Source of the DNA: Auanema rhodensis | Taxonomy: Eukaryota; Animalia; Nematoda | Assembly: GCA_964057225.1 (NCBI GenBank) | Contig: OZ059895.1 | Span: 11,718,001-11,782,000 of the forward strand | Length of the DNA stretch: 64,000 nt | Direction of reading: 5' to 3' | The notes under the pieces: model-generated | What the model was told of the DNA's origin: nothing | The model's database searches: none | What the model saw: only the letters and a program-made list of their open reading frames with translations | Translations under genes and position numbers: made by a program | In this document: piece after piece, positions 13,351 through 27,400 of the stretch | How positions within the stretch are numbered: position 1 is the stretch's first letter | Layout: each line of letters opens with the position of its first letter

Positions 13351-13855
13351 TCATTGAGGGATCCAGATAGAACGTGGAAAATTACGTAACTAACATGAAA
13401 TTGGGAAAAAATTATAACGAGGATAAGTATGTGAAACATTGAATATCAGATATTTTCGCTTAGGACCATACGACGTTGAAAGTACGCCATGCCGCTGATT
13501 TTCAATTTTAACTCTTCTGTAACAAATGTTTTCAATTTTCAAGCAGTTTTACTTAGATAGCTCAACCCAAGGCAGCAAATTATCTTCAATCTTATTTTGA
13601 TCTTACAGTTATAAACCAGTAGTGAATGAACCATCATCTTACCTTTACTGTTTCTATCTATTTTCTATCAAAAGAAACATTGTTTAAACACTATACAACT
13701 GTGAAACCTTTTTTAATTTCTTGTATTTGGAGCTCATAAGATTTGATATGATTGAGGGATCCAGATAGAACGTGGAAAATTACATAACTACCATGAAATT
13801 GGGAAAAAATTGTAACGAGGATAAGTATGTAAATCATTGAATATCAGATATTTTC

Positions 13856-13892
13856 GCTTACGACCATATCACGTTGAAAGTACGCCATGCCG
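13856..13892 (+). pseudogene. 5S rRNA 5' fragment, 5S-like allele
   Basis: GCTTACGACCATATCACGTTGAAAGTACGCCATGCCG. Confidence 0.85.
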
Positions 13893-16800
13893 CTGATTTT
13901 CAATTTTAACTCTTCTGTAACGAATGTTTTCAATTTTCAAGCAGTTTTACTTAGAAAGCTCAACCCAAGGCAGCAAATTATCTTCAATATTATTTCTATC
14001 TTACAGTTATAAACCAGTAGTGAATGAACCATCATCTTACCTTCACTGTTTCTATCTATTTCCTATCGAAAGCAACTTTGTTCAAACACTATACAACTGT
14101 GAAACCTTTTTTAATTTCTTGTATTTGGAGCTCATAAGATTTGATATCATTGAGGGATCCAGATAGAACGTGGAAAATTACGTAACTAACATGAATGTGT
14201 GAAAAACTATAACGAGGATAAGTATGTGAATCATTGAATATCAGATATTTTCGCTTAGGACCATACCACGTTGAAAGTTCGCCATGCCGCTGATTTTCAA
14301 TTTTAACTCTTCTGTAACAAATGTTTTCAATTTTCAAGCAGTTTTACTTAGATAGCTCAACCCAAGGCAGCAATTTATCTTCAAACTTAACTCTATCTTA
14401 CAGTTTTAAACCATTAGTTAATGAACCATCATCTTACCTTTACTATTTCTATCTATTTCCTATCAAAACCAACTTTGTTCAAACACTATACAACTGAGAA
14501 GCCTTTTTTAATTTCTTGTATTTGGAGTTCATAAGATTTGATATCATTGAGGGATCCAGATAGAACGTGGAAAATTACATAACTAACATGAAATTGGGAA
14601 AAAATTATAACGAGGATAAGTATGTGAAACATTGAATATCAGATATTTTCGCTCAGGACCATACCACGTTAAAAGTACGGCATGCGGCTGATTTTCAATT
14701 TTAACTCTTCTGTAACAAATGTTTTCAATTTTCAAGCAGTTTTACTTAGATAGCTCAACCCAAGGCAGCAAATTATCTTCAATCTTATTTCTATCTTACA
14801 GTTATAAACCAGTAGTGAATGAACCATCATCTTACCTTCACTGTTTCTATCTATTTTCTATCAAAAGAAACATTGTTTAAACACTATACAACTGTGACAC
14901 CTTTTTTAATTTCTTGTATTTGGAGTTCATAAGATCTGATATCATCGAGGGATCCAGATAGAACGTGGAAAATTACATAACTAACATGAAATTGGGCAAA
15001 AACTATAACGAGGATAAGTATGTGAATCATTGAATATCAGATATTTTCGCTTAGGACCATACCACGTTGAAAGTACGCCATGCCGCTGATTTTCAATTTT
15101 AACTCTTTTGTAACAGATGTTTTCAATTTTCAAGCAGTTTGACTTAGATAGCTCAACCCAAGGCAGCAAATTATCTTCAATATTATTTCTATCTCACAGT
15201 TATAAACCAATAGTTAATGAACCATCATCTTACCCTTACCGTTTCTATCTATTTCCTATCGAAACCAACTTTGTTCAAAAACTATACAACTGTGAAACCT
15301 TTTTTAATTTCTTGTATTTGGAGCTCATAAGATTTGATATCATTGAGGGATCCAGATAGAACGTGGAAAATTATATAACTACCATGAAATTGGGAAAAAA
15401 TTGTAACGAGGATAAGTATGTAAATCAGTGAATATCAGATATTTTCGCTTAGGACCATACCACGTTAAAAGTATGGCATGCGGCTGATTTTCAATTTTAA
15501 CTCTTCTGTAACAAATGTTTTCAATTTTCAAGCAGTTTTACTTAGATAGCTCAACCCAAGGCAGCAAATTATCTTCAATCTTATTTCTATCTTACAGTTA
15601 TAAACCAGTAGTGAATAAACCATCATCTTACCTTCACTGTTTCTATCTATTTTCTATCAAAAGAAACATTGTTTAAACACTATACAACTGTGACACCTTT
15701 TTTAATTTCTTGTATTTGGAGTTCATAAGATTTGATATCATCGAGGGATCCAGATAGAACGTGGAAAATTACATAACTAACATGAAATTGGGCAAAAACT
15801 ATAACGAGGATAAGTATGTGAAACATTGAAAATCAGATATTTCCGCTCAGGACCATACCACGTTAAAAGTACGGCATGCGGCTGATTTTCAATTTTAACT
15901 TTTCTGTAACAAATGTTTTCAATTTTCAAGCAGTTTTACTTAGATAGCTCAACCCAAGACAGCAAATTATCTTCAATATTATTTCTTTCTCACAGTTATA
16001 AACCAATAGTTAATTAACCATCATCTTACCTTCACTGTTTCTATCTATTTCCTATCGAAACCAACTTTGTTCAAAAACTATACAACTGTGAAACCTTTTT
16101 TAATTTCTTGTATTTGGAGCTCATAAAATTTGATATCATTGAGGGATCCAGATAGAACGTGGAAAATTACATAACTACCATGAAATTGGGAAAAAATTGT
16201 AACGAGGATAAGTATGTAAATCAGTGAATATCAGATATTTTCGCTTAGGACCATACCACGTTAAAAGTATGGCATGCGGCTGATTTTCAATTTTAACTCT
16301 TCTGTAACAAATGTTTTCAATTTTCAAGCAGTTTTACTTAGATAGCTCAACCCAAGGCAGCAAATTATCTTCAATATTATTTCTATCTTACAGTTATAAA
16401 CCAATAGTTAATTAACCATCATCTTACCTTCACTGTTTCTATCTATTTCCTATCGAAAGCAACTTTGTTCAAACACTATACAACTGTGAAACCTTTTTTA
16501 ATTTCTTGTATTTGGAGCTCATAAGATTTGATATCATTGAGGGATCCAGATAGAACGTGGAAAATTACATAACTAACATGAAATTGGGAAAAAATTATAA
16601 CGAGGATAAGTATGTGAAACATTGAATATCAGATATTTCCGCTCAGGACCATACCACGTTAAAAGTACGGCATGCGGCTGATTTTCAATTTTAACTTTTC
16701 TGTAACAAATGTTTTCAATTTTCAAGCAGTTTTACTTAGATAGCTCAACCCAAGGCAGCAAATTATCTTCAATCTTACTTCTATCTTACAGTTGTAAACC

Positions 16801-17038
16801 AATAGTTAATGAACCATCATCTTACCCTTACCGTTTCTATCTATTTCATATCGAAACCAACTTTGTTCAAAAACTATACAACTGTGAAACCTTTTTTAAT
16901 TTCTTGTATTTGGAGATCATAAGATTTGATATCATTGAGGGATCCAGATAGAACGTGGAAAATTACATAACTAACATGAAATTGGGAAAAAATTATAATG
17001 AGGATAAGTATGTAAATCATTGAATATCAGATATTTTC

Positions 17039-17139
17039 GCTTACGACCATACCACGTTGAAAGTACGCCATGCCGCTGATTTTCAATTTTAACACTTCTG
17101 TAACAAATGTTTTCAATTTTCAAGCAGTTTTACTTGGAT
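17039..17139 (+). pseudogene. Degenerate 5S rRNA copy retaining the 5' end and an internal-control-region-like CAGTTTTACTTGGAT
   Basis: Starts GCTTACGACCATACCACGTTGAAAGTACGCCATGCCG and ends with CAGTTTTACTTGGAT, compared with CAGTTAGTACTTGGAT in nematode 5S (recalled). Confidence 0.7.
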
Positions 17140-18464
17140 AGCTCAACCCAAGGCAGCAATTTATCTTCAATATTATTTCTATCTTACAGTTATAAACCAA
17201 TAGTTAATGAACCATCATCTTACCCTTACCGTTTCTATCTATTTCCTATCGAAACCAACTTTGTTCAAAAACTATACAACTGTGAAACCTTTTTTAATTT
17301 CTTGTATTTGGAGCTCATAAGATTTGATATCATTGAGGGATCCAGATAGAACGTGGAAAATTACGTAACTAACATGAATGTGGAAAAAACTATAACGAGG
17401 ATAAGTATGTGAATCATTGAATATCAGATATTTTCGCTTAGGACCATACCACGTTGAAAGTTCGCCATGCCGCTGATTTTCAATTTTAACTCTTCTGTAA
17501 CAAATGTTTTCAATTTTCAAGCAGTTTTACTTAGATAGCTCAACCCAAGGCAGCAATTTATCTTCAATCTTATTTCTATCTTACAGTTTTAAACCATTAG
17601 TTAATGAACCATCATCTTACCTTTACTATTTCTATCTATTTCCTATCAAAACCAACTTTGTTCAAACACTATACAACTGAGAAGCCTTGTTTAATTTCTT
17701 GTATTTGGAGTTCATAAAATTTGATATCATTGAGGGATCCAGATAGAACGTGGAAAATTACATAACTACCATGAAATTGGGAAAAAATTATAACGAGGAT
17801 AAGTATGTGAAACATTGAATATCAGATATTTTCGCTCAGGACCATACCACGTTAAAAGTACGGCATGCGGCTGATTTTCAATTTTAACTCTTCTGTAACA
17901 AATGTTTTCAATTTTCAAGCAGTTTTACTTAGATAGCTCAACCCAAGGCAGCAATTTATCTTCAATCTTATTTCTATCTTACAGTTTTAAACCAATAGTT
18001 AATGAACCATCATCTTACCTTCACTGTTTCTATCAATTTCCTATCGAAAGCAACTTTGTTCAAACACTATACAACTGTGAAACCTTTTTTAATTTCTTGT
18101 ATTTGGAGCTCATAAGATTTGATATCATTGAGGGATCCAGATAGAACGTGGAAAATTACGTAACTAACATGAAATTGGAAAAAACTATAACGAGGATAAG
18201 TATGTGAATCATTGAATATCAGATAATTTCGCTTAGGACCATACCACGTTGAAAGTTCGCCATGCCGCTGATTTTCAATTTTAACTCTTTTGTAACAAAT
18301 GTTTTCAATTTTCAAGCAGTTTTACTCTGATAGCTTAACCCAAGGCAGCAAATTATCTTCAATATTATTTCTATCTTACAGTTATAAACCAATAGTTAAT
18401 GAACCATCATCTTACCCTTACCGTTTCTATCTATTTCATATCGAAACCAACTTTGTTCAAAAAC

Positions 18465-21400
18465 TATACAACTGTGAAACCTTTTTTAATTTCTTGTATT
18501 TGGAGCTCATAAGATTTGATATCATTGAGGGATCCAGATAGAACGTGGAAAATTACATAACTACCATGAAATTGGGAAGAAATTGTAACGAGGATAAGTA
18601 TGTAAATCATTGAATATCAGATATTTTCGCTTACGACCATACCACGTTGAAAGAATGCCATGCCGCTGATTTTCAATTTTAACTCTTCTGTAACGAATGT
18701 TTCCAATTTTCAAGCAGTTTTACTTAGAAAGCTCAACCCAAGGCAGCAAATTATCTTCAATATTATTTCTATCTTACAGTTATAAACCAGTAGTGAATGA
18801 ACCATCATCTTACCTTCAATGTTTCTATCTATTTTCTATCAAAAGAAACATTGTTTAAACACTATACAACTGTGACACCTTTTTTAATTTCTTGTATTTG
18901 GAGTTCATAAGATTTGATATCATCGAGGGATCCAGATAGAACGTGGAAAATTACATAACTAACATGAAATTGGGAAAAAATTATAACGAGGATAAGTATG
19001 TGAAACATTCAATATCAGATATTTTCGCTTAGGACCATACGACGTTGAAAGTACGCCATGCCGCTGATTTTCAATTTTAACTCTTCTGTAACAAATGTTT
19101 TCAATTTCCAAGCAGTTTTACTTAGATAGCTCAACCCAAGGCAGCAAATTATCTTCAATCTTATTTCTATCTTACAGTTATAAACCAGTAGTGAATGAAC
19201 CATCATCTTACCTTCACTGTTTCTATCTATTTCCTATCAAAAGAAACATTGTTTAAACACTATACAACTGTGAAACCTTTTTTAATTTCTTGTATTTGGA
19301 GCTCATAAGATTTGATATCATTGAGGGATCCAGATAGAACGTGGAAAATTACGTAACTAACATGAAATTGGAAAAAACTATAACGAGGATAAGTATGTGA
19401 ATCATTGAATATCAGATATTTTCGCTTAGGACCATACCACGTTGAAAGTACGCCATGCCGCTGAATTTCAATTTTAACTCTTTTGTAACAAATGTTTTCA
19501 ATTTTCAAGCAGTTTTACTCAGATAGCTTAACCCAAGGCAGCAAATTATCTTCAATCTTATTTCTATCTTACAGTTATAAACCAGTAGTGAATGAACCAT
19601 CATCTTACCTTCACTGTTTCTATCTATTTCCTATCAAAAGAAACATTGTTTAAACACTATACAACTGTGAAACCTTTTTTAATTTCTTGTATTTGGAGCT
19701 CATAAGATTTGATATCATTGAGGGATCCAGATAGAACGTGGAAAATTACGTAACTAACATGAAATTGGGAAAAAAGTATAACGAGGATAAGTATGTGAAA
19801 CATTGAATATCAGATATTTTCGCTTAGGACCATACGACGTTGAAAGTACGCCATGCCGCTGATTTTCAATTTTAACTCTTCTGTAACAAATGTTTTCAAT
19901 TTTCAAGCAGTTTTACTTAGATAGCTCAACCCAAGGCAGCAAATTATCTTCAATCTTATTTCTATCTTACAGTTATAAACCAGTAGTGAATGAACCATCA
20001 TCTTACCTTTACTGTTTCTATCTATTTTCTATCAAAAGAAACATTGTTTAAACACTATACAACTGTGACACCTTTTTTAATTTCTTGTATTTGGAGTTCA
20101 TAAGATTTGATATCATCGAGGGATCCAGATAGAACGTGGAAAATTACATAACTAACATGAAATTGGGAAAAAATTATAACGAGGATAAGTATGTGAAACA
20201 TTGAATATCAGATATTTTCGCTTAGGACCATACGACGTTGAAAGTACGCCTTGCCGCTGATTTTCAATTTTAACTCTTCTGTAACAAATGTTTCCAATTT
20301 CCAAGCAGTTTTACTTAGATAGCTCAACCCAAGGCAGCAAATTATCTTCAATCTTATTTCTATCTTACAGTTATAAACCAGTAGTGAATGAACCATCATC
20401 TTACCTTCACTGTTTCTATCTATTTCCTATCAAAAGAAACATTGTTTAAACACTATACAACTGTGAAACCTTTTTTAATTTCTTGTATTTGGAGATCATA
20501 AGATTTGATATCATTGAGGGATCCAGATAGAACGTGGAAAATTACGTAACTAACATGAAATTGGAAAAAACTATAACGAGGATAAGTATGTGAATCATTG
20601 AATATCAGATATTTTCGCTTAGGACCATACCACGTTGAAAGTTCGCCATGCTGCTGATTCTCAATTTTAACTCTTCTGTAACAAATGTTTTCAATTTTCA
20701 AGCAGTTTTACTTAGATAGCTCAACCCAAGGCAGCAATGTATCTTCAATCTTATTTCTATCTCACAGTTTTAAACCATTAGTTAATGAACCATCATATTA
20801 CCTTTACTATTTCTATCTATTTCCTATCAAAACCAACTTTGTTCAAACACTATACAACTGAGAAGCCTTTTTTAATTTCTTGTATTTGGAGTTCATAAGA
20901 TTTGATATCATTGAGGGATCCAGATAGAACGTGGAAAATTACATAACTAACATGAAATTGGGAAAAAATTATAACGAGGATAAGTATGTAAATCATTGAA
21001 TATCAGATATTTTCGCTTACGACCATACCACGTTGAAAGTACGCCATGCCGCTGATTTTCAATTTTAACTCTTCTGTAACAAATGTTTTCAATTTTCAAG
21101 CAGTTTTACTTAGATAGCTCAACCCAAGGCAGCAATTTATCTTCTATATTATTTCTATCTTACAGTTATAAACCAATGGTTAATGAACCATCATCTTACT
21201 CTTACCGTTTCTATCTATTTTCTATCAAAAGAAACATTGTTTAAACACTATACAACTGTGAAACCTTTTTTAATTTCTTGTATTTGGAGCTCATAAGATT
21301 TGATATCATTGAGGGATCCAGATAGAACGTGGAAAATTACATAACTACCATGAAATTGGGAAGAAATTGTAACGAGGATAAGTATGTAAATCATTGAATA

Positions 21401-23772
21401 TCAGATATTTTCGCTTACGACCATACCACGTTGAAAGAATGCCATGCCGCTGATTTTCAATTTTAACTCTTCTGTAACGAATGTTTCCAATTTTCAAGCA
21501 GTTTTACTTAGAAAGCTCAACCCAAGGCAGCAAATTATCTTCAATATTATTTCTATCTTACAGTTATAAACCAGTAGTGAATGAACCATCATCTTACCTT
21601 CAATGTTTCTATCTATTTTCTATCAAAAGAAACATTGTTTAAACACTATACAACTGTGACACCTTTTTTAATTTCTTGTATTTGGAGTTCATAAGATTTG
21701 ATATCATCGAGGGATCCAGATAGAACGTGGAAAATTACATAACTAACATGAAATTGGGAAAAAATTATAACGAGGATAAGTATGTGAAACATTCAATATC
21801 AGATATTTTCGCTTAGGACCATACGACGTTGAAAGTACGCCATGCCGCTGATTTTCAATTTTAACTCTTCTGTAACAAATGTTTTCAATTTCCAAGCAGT
21901 TTTACTTAGATAGCTCAACCCAAGGCAGCAAATTATCTTCAATCTTATTTCTATCTTACAGTTATAAACCAGTAGTGAATGAACCATCATCTTACCTTCA
22001 CTGTTTCTATCTATTTCCTATCAAAAGAAACATTGTTTAAACACTATACAACTGTGAAACCTTTTTTAATTTCTTGTATTTGGAGCTCATAAGATTTGAT
22101 ATCATTGAGGGATCCAGATAGAACGTGGAAAATTACGTAACTAACATGAAATTGGAAAAAACTATAACGAGGATAAGTATGTGAATCATTGAATATCAGA
22201 TATTTTCGCTTAGGACCATACCACGTTGAAAGTACGCCATGCCGCTGAATTTCAATTTTAACTCTTTTGTAACAAATGTTTTCAATTTTCAAGCAGTTTT
22301 ACTCAGATAGCTTAACCCAAGGCAGCAAATTATCTTCAATCTTATTTCTATCTTACAGTTATAAACCAGTAGTGAATGAACCATCATCTTACCTTCACTG
22401 TTTCTATCTATTTCCTATCAAAAGAAACATTGTTTAAACACTATACAACTGTGAAACCTTTTTTAATTTCTTGTATTTGGAGCTCATAAGATTTGATATC
22501 ATTGAGGGATCCAGATAGAACGTGGAAAATTACGTAACTAACATGAAATTGGGAAAAAAGTATAACGAGGATAAGTATGTGAAACATTGAATATCAGATA
22601 TTTTCGCTTGGGACCATACGACGTTGAAAGTACGCCATGCCGCTGATTTTCAATTTTAACTCTTCTGTAACAAATGTTTTCAATTTTCAAGCAGTTTTAC
22701 TTAGATAGCTCAACCCAAGGCAGCAAATTATCTTCAATCTTATTTCTATCTTACAGTTATAAACCAGTAGTGAATGAACCATCATCTTACCTTTACTGTT
22801 TCTATCTATTTTCTATCAAAAGAAACATTGTTTAAACACTATACAACTGTGACACCTTTTTTAATTTCTTGTATTTGGAGTTCATAAGATTTGATATCAT
22901 CGAGGGATCCAGATAGAACGTGGAAAATTACATAACTAACATGAAATTGGGAAAAAATTATAACGAGGATAAGTATGTGAAACATTGAATATCAGATATT
23001 TTCGCTTAGGACCATACGACGTTGAAAGTACGCCTTGCCGCTGATTTTCAATTTTAACTCTTCTGTAACAAATGTTTCCAATTTCCAAGCAGTTTTACTT
23101 AGATAGCTCAACCCAAGGCAGCAAATTATCTTCAATCTTATTTCTATCTTACAGTTATAAACCAGTAGTGAATGAACCATCATCTTACCTTCACTGTTTC
23201 TATCTATTTCCTATCAAAAGAAACATTGTTTAAACACTATACAACTGTGAAACCTTTTTTAATTTCTTGTATTTGGAGATCATAAGATTTGATATCATTG
23301 AGGGATCCAGATAGAACGTGGAAAATTACGTAACTAACATGAAATTGGAAAAAACTATAACGAGGATAAGTATGTGAATCATTGAATATCAGATATTTTC
23401 GCTTAGGACCATACCACGTTGAAAGTTCGCCATGCTGCTGATTCTCAATTTTAACTCTTCTGTAACAAATGTTTTCAATTTTCAAGCAGTTTTACTTAGA
23501 TAGCTCAACCCAAGGCAGCAATGTATCTTCAATCTTATTTCTATCTCACAGTTTTAAACCATTAGTTAATGAACCATCATATTACCTTTACTATTTCTAT
23601 CTATTTCCTATCAAAACCAACTTTGTTCAAACACTATACAACTGAGAAGCCTTTTTTAATTTCTTGTATTTGGAGTTCATAAGATTTGATATCATTGAGG
23701 GATCCAGATAGAACGTGGAAAATTACATAACTAACATGAAATTGGGAAAAAATTATAACGAGGATAAGTATG
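18465..23772. repeat. 7-monomer (2784 bp) tandem higher-order duplication
   Basis: Pairs 19015/21799, 19260/22044, 20208/22992, 20453/23237. Private markers GGGAAGAAATTGT, ACATTCAATATC, CTGCTGATTCTC and GCAATGTATC recur at +2784. Confidence 0.92.
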
Positions 23773-24499
23773 TGAAACATTGAATATCAGATATTTTCGC
23801 TTAGGACCATACCACGTTAAAAGTACGGCATGCGGCTGATTTTCAATTTTAACTCTTCTGTAACAAATGTTTTCAATTTTCAAGCAGTTTTACTTAGATA
23901 GCTCAACCCAAGGCAGCAAATTATTTTCAATCTTATTTCTATCTTACAGTTATAAACCAGTAGTGAATGAACCATCATCTTACCTTCAATGTTTCTATCT
24001 ATTTTTTATCAAAAGAAACATTGTTTAAACACTATACAACTGTGACACCTTTTTTAATTTCTTGTATTTGGAGTTCATAAGATTTGATATCATCGAGGGA
24101 TCCAGATAGAACGTGGAAAATTACATAACTAACATGAAATTGGGAAAAAATTATAACGAGGATAAGTATGTGAAACATTGAATATCAGATATTTTCGCTT
24201 AGGACCATACGACGTTGAAAGTACGCCATGCCGCTGATTTTCCATTTTAACTCTTCTGTAACAAATGTTTTCAATTTCCAAGCAGTTTTACTTAGATAGC
24301 TCAACCCAAGGCAGCAAATTATCTTCAATCTTATTTCTATCTTACAGTTATAAACCAGTAGTGAATGAACCATCATCTTACCTTCACTGTTTCTATCTAT
24401 TTCCTATCAAAAGAAACATTGTTTAAACACTATACAACTGTGAAACCTTTTTTAATTTCTTGTATTTGGAGCTCATAAGATTTGATATCATTGAGGGAT

Positions 24500-27400
24500 C
24501 CAGATAGAACGTGGAAAATTACGTAACTAACATGAAATTGGAAAAAACTATAACGAGGATAAGTATGTGAATCATTGAATATCAGATATTTTCGCTTAGG
24601 ACCATACCACGTTGAAAGTACGCCATGCCGCTGAATTTCAATTTTAACTCTTTTGTAACAAATGTTTTCAATTTTCAAGCAGTTTTACTCAGATAGCTTA
24701 ACCCAAGGCAGCAAATTATCTTCAATCTTATTTCTATCTTACAGTTATAAACCAGTAGTGAATGAACCATCATCTTACCTTCACTGTTTCTATCTATTTC
24801 CTATCAAAAGAAACATTGTTTAAACACTATACAACTGTGAAACCTTTTTTAATTTCTTGTATTTGGAGTTCATAAGATTTGATATCATCGAGGGATCCAG
24901 ATAGAACGTGGAAAATTACATAACTAACATGAAATTGGGAAAAAATTATAACGAGGATAAGTATGTGAAACATTGAATATCAGATATTTTCGCTTAGGAC
25001 CATACGACGTTGAAAGTACGCCATGCCGCTGATTTTCAATTTTAACTCTTCTGTAACAAATGTTTTCAATTTCCAAGCAGTTTTACTTAGATAGCTCAAC
25101 CCAAGGCAGCAAATTATCTTCAATATTATTTCTATCTTACAGTTATAAACCAATAGTTAATGAACCATCATCTTACCTTTACTGTTTCTATCTATTTTCT
25201 ATCAGAACAAATATTGTTCAAACACTATACAACTGTGAAACCTTTTTTAATTTCTTGTATTTGGAGCTCATAAGATTTGATATCATTGAGGGATCCAGAT
25301 AGAACGTGGAAAATTACGTAACTAACATGAAATTGGGAAAAAAGTATAACGAGGATAAGTATGTGAAACATTGAATATCAGATATTTTCGCTTAGGACCA
25401 TACGACGTTGAAAGTACGCCATGCCGCTGATTTTCAATTATAACTCTTATGTAACAAATGTTTTCAATTTTCAAGCAGTTTTACTTAGATAGCTCAACCC
25501 AAGGCAGCAAATTATCTTCAATCTTATTTCTATCTTACAGTTATAAACCAGTAGTGAATGAACCATCATCTTACCTTTACTGTTTCTATCTATTTTCTAT
25601 CAAAAGAAACATTGTTTAAACACTATACAACTGTGACACCTTTTTTAATTTCTTGTATTTGGAGTTCATAAGATTTGATATCATCGAGGGATCCAGATAG
25701 AACGTGGAAAATTACATAACTAACATGAAATTGGGAAAAAATTATAACGAGGATAAGTATGTGAAACATTGAATATCAGATATTTTCGCTTAGGACCATA
25801 CGACGTTGAAAGTACGCCTTGCCGCTGATTTTCAATTTTAACTCTTCTGTAACAAATGTTTCCAATTTCCAAGCAGTTTTACTTAGATAGCTCAACCCAA
25901 TGCAGCAAATTATCTTCAATCTTATTTCTATCTTACAGTTATAAACCAGTAGTGAATGAACCATCATCTTACCTTCACTGTTTCTATCTATTTCCTATCA
26001 AAAGAAACATTGTTTAAACACTATACAACTGTGAAACCTTTTTTAATTTCTTGTATTTGGAGTTCATAAGATTTGATATTATCGAGGGATCCAGATAGAA
26101 CGTGAAAAATTACATAACTAACATGAAATTGGGAAAAAATTATAACGAGGATAAGTATGTGAAACATTGAATATCAGATATTTTCGCTTAGGACCATACG
26201 ACGTTGAAAGTACGCCATGCCGCTGATTTTCAATTTTAACTCTTTTGTAACAAATGTTTTCAATTTCCAAGCAGTTTTACTTAGATAGCTCAACCCAAGG
26301 CAGCAAATTATCTTCAATATTATTTCTATCTTACAGTTATAAACCAATAGTTAATGAACCATCATCTTACCTTTACTGTTTCTACCTATTTTCTATCAGA
26401 ACAAATATTGTTCAAACACTATACAACTGTGAAACCTTTTTTAATTTCTTGTATTTGGAGCTCATAAGATTTGATATCATTGAGGGATCCAGATAGAACG
26501 TGGAAAATTACGTAACTAACATGAAATTGGGGAAAAAGTATAACGAGGATAAGTATATGAAACATTGAATATCAGATATTTTCGCTTAGGACCATACCAC
26601 GTTGAAAGTACGCCATGCCGCTGAATTTCAATTTTAACTCTTTTGTAACAAATGTTTCCAATTTCCAAGCAGTTTTACTTAGATAGCTTAACCCAAGGCA
26701 GCAAATTATCTTCAATATTATTTCTATCTTATAGTTATAAACCAATAGTTAATGAACCATCATCTTACCCTTACCGTTTCTATCTATTTCCTATCGAAAC
26801 CAACTTTGTTCAAAAACTATACAACTGTGAAACCTTTTTTAATTTCTTGTATTTGGAGCTCATAAGATTTGATATCATTGAGGGATCCAGATAGAACGTG
26901 GAAAATTACATAACTAACATGAAATTGGGAAAAAATTATAACGAGGATAAGTATGTGAAACATTGAATATCAGATATTTTCGCTTAGGACCATACGACGT
27001 TGAAAGTACGCCATGCCGCTGATTTTCAATTTTAACTCTTCTGTAACAAATGTTTTCAATTTCCAAGCAGTTTTACTTAGATAGCTCAACCCAAGGCAGC
27101 AAATTATCTTCAATATTATTTCTATCTTACAGTTATAAACCAATAGTTAATAAACCATCATCTTACCTTTACTGTTTCTATCTATTTTCTATCAGTACAA
27201 ATATTGTTCAAACACTATACAACTGTGAAACCTTTTTTAATTTCTTGTATTTAGAGCTCATAAGATTTGATATCATTGAGGGATCCAGATAGAACGTGGA
27301 AAATTACGTAACTAACATGAAATTGGGAAAAAGTATAACGAGGATAAGTATGTGAAACATTGAATATCAGATATTTTCGCTTAGGACCATACGACGTTGA

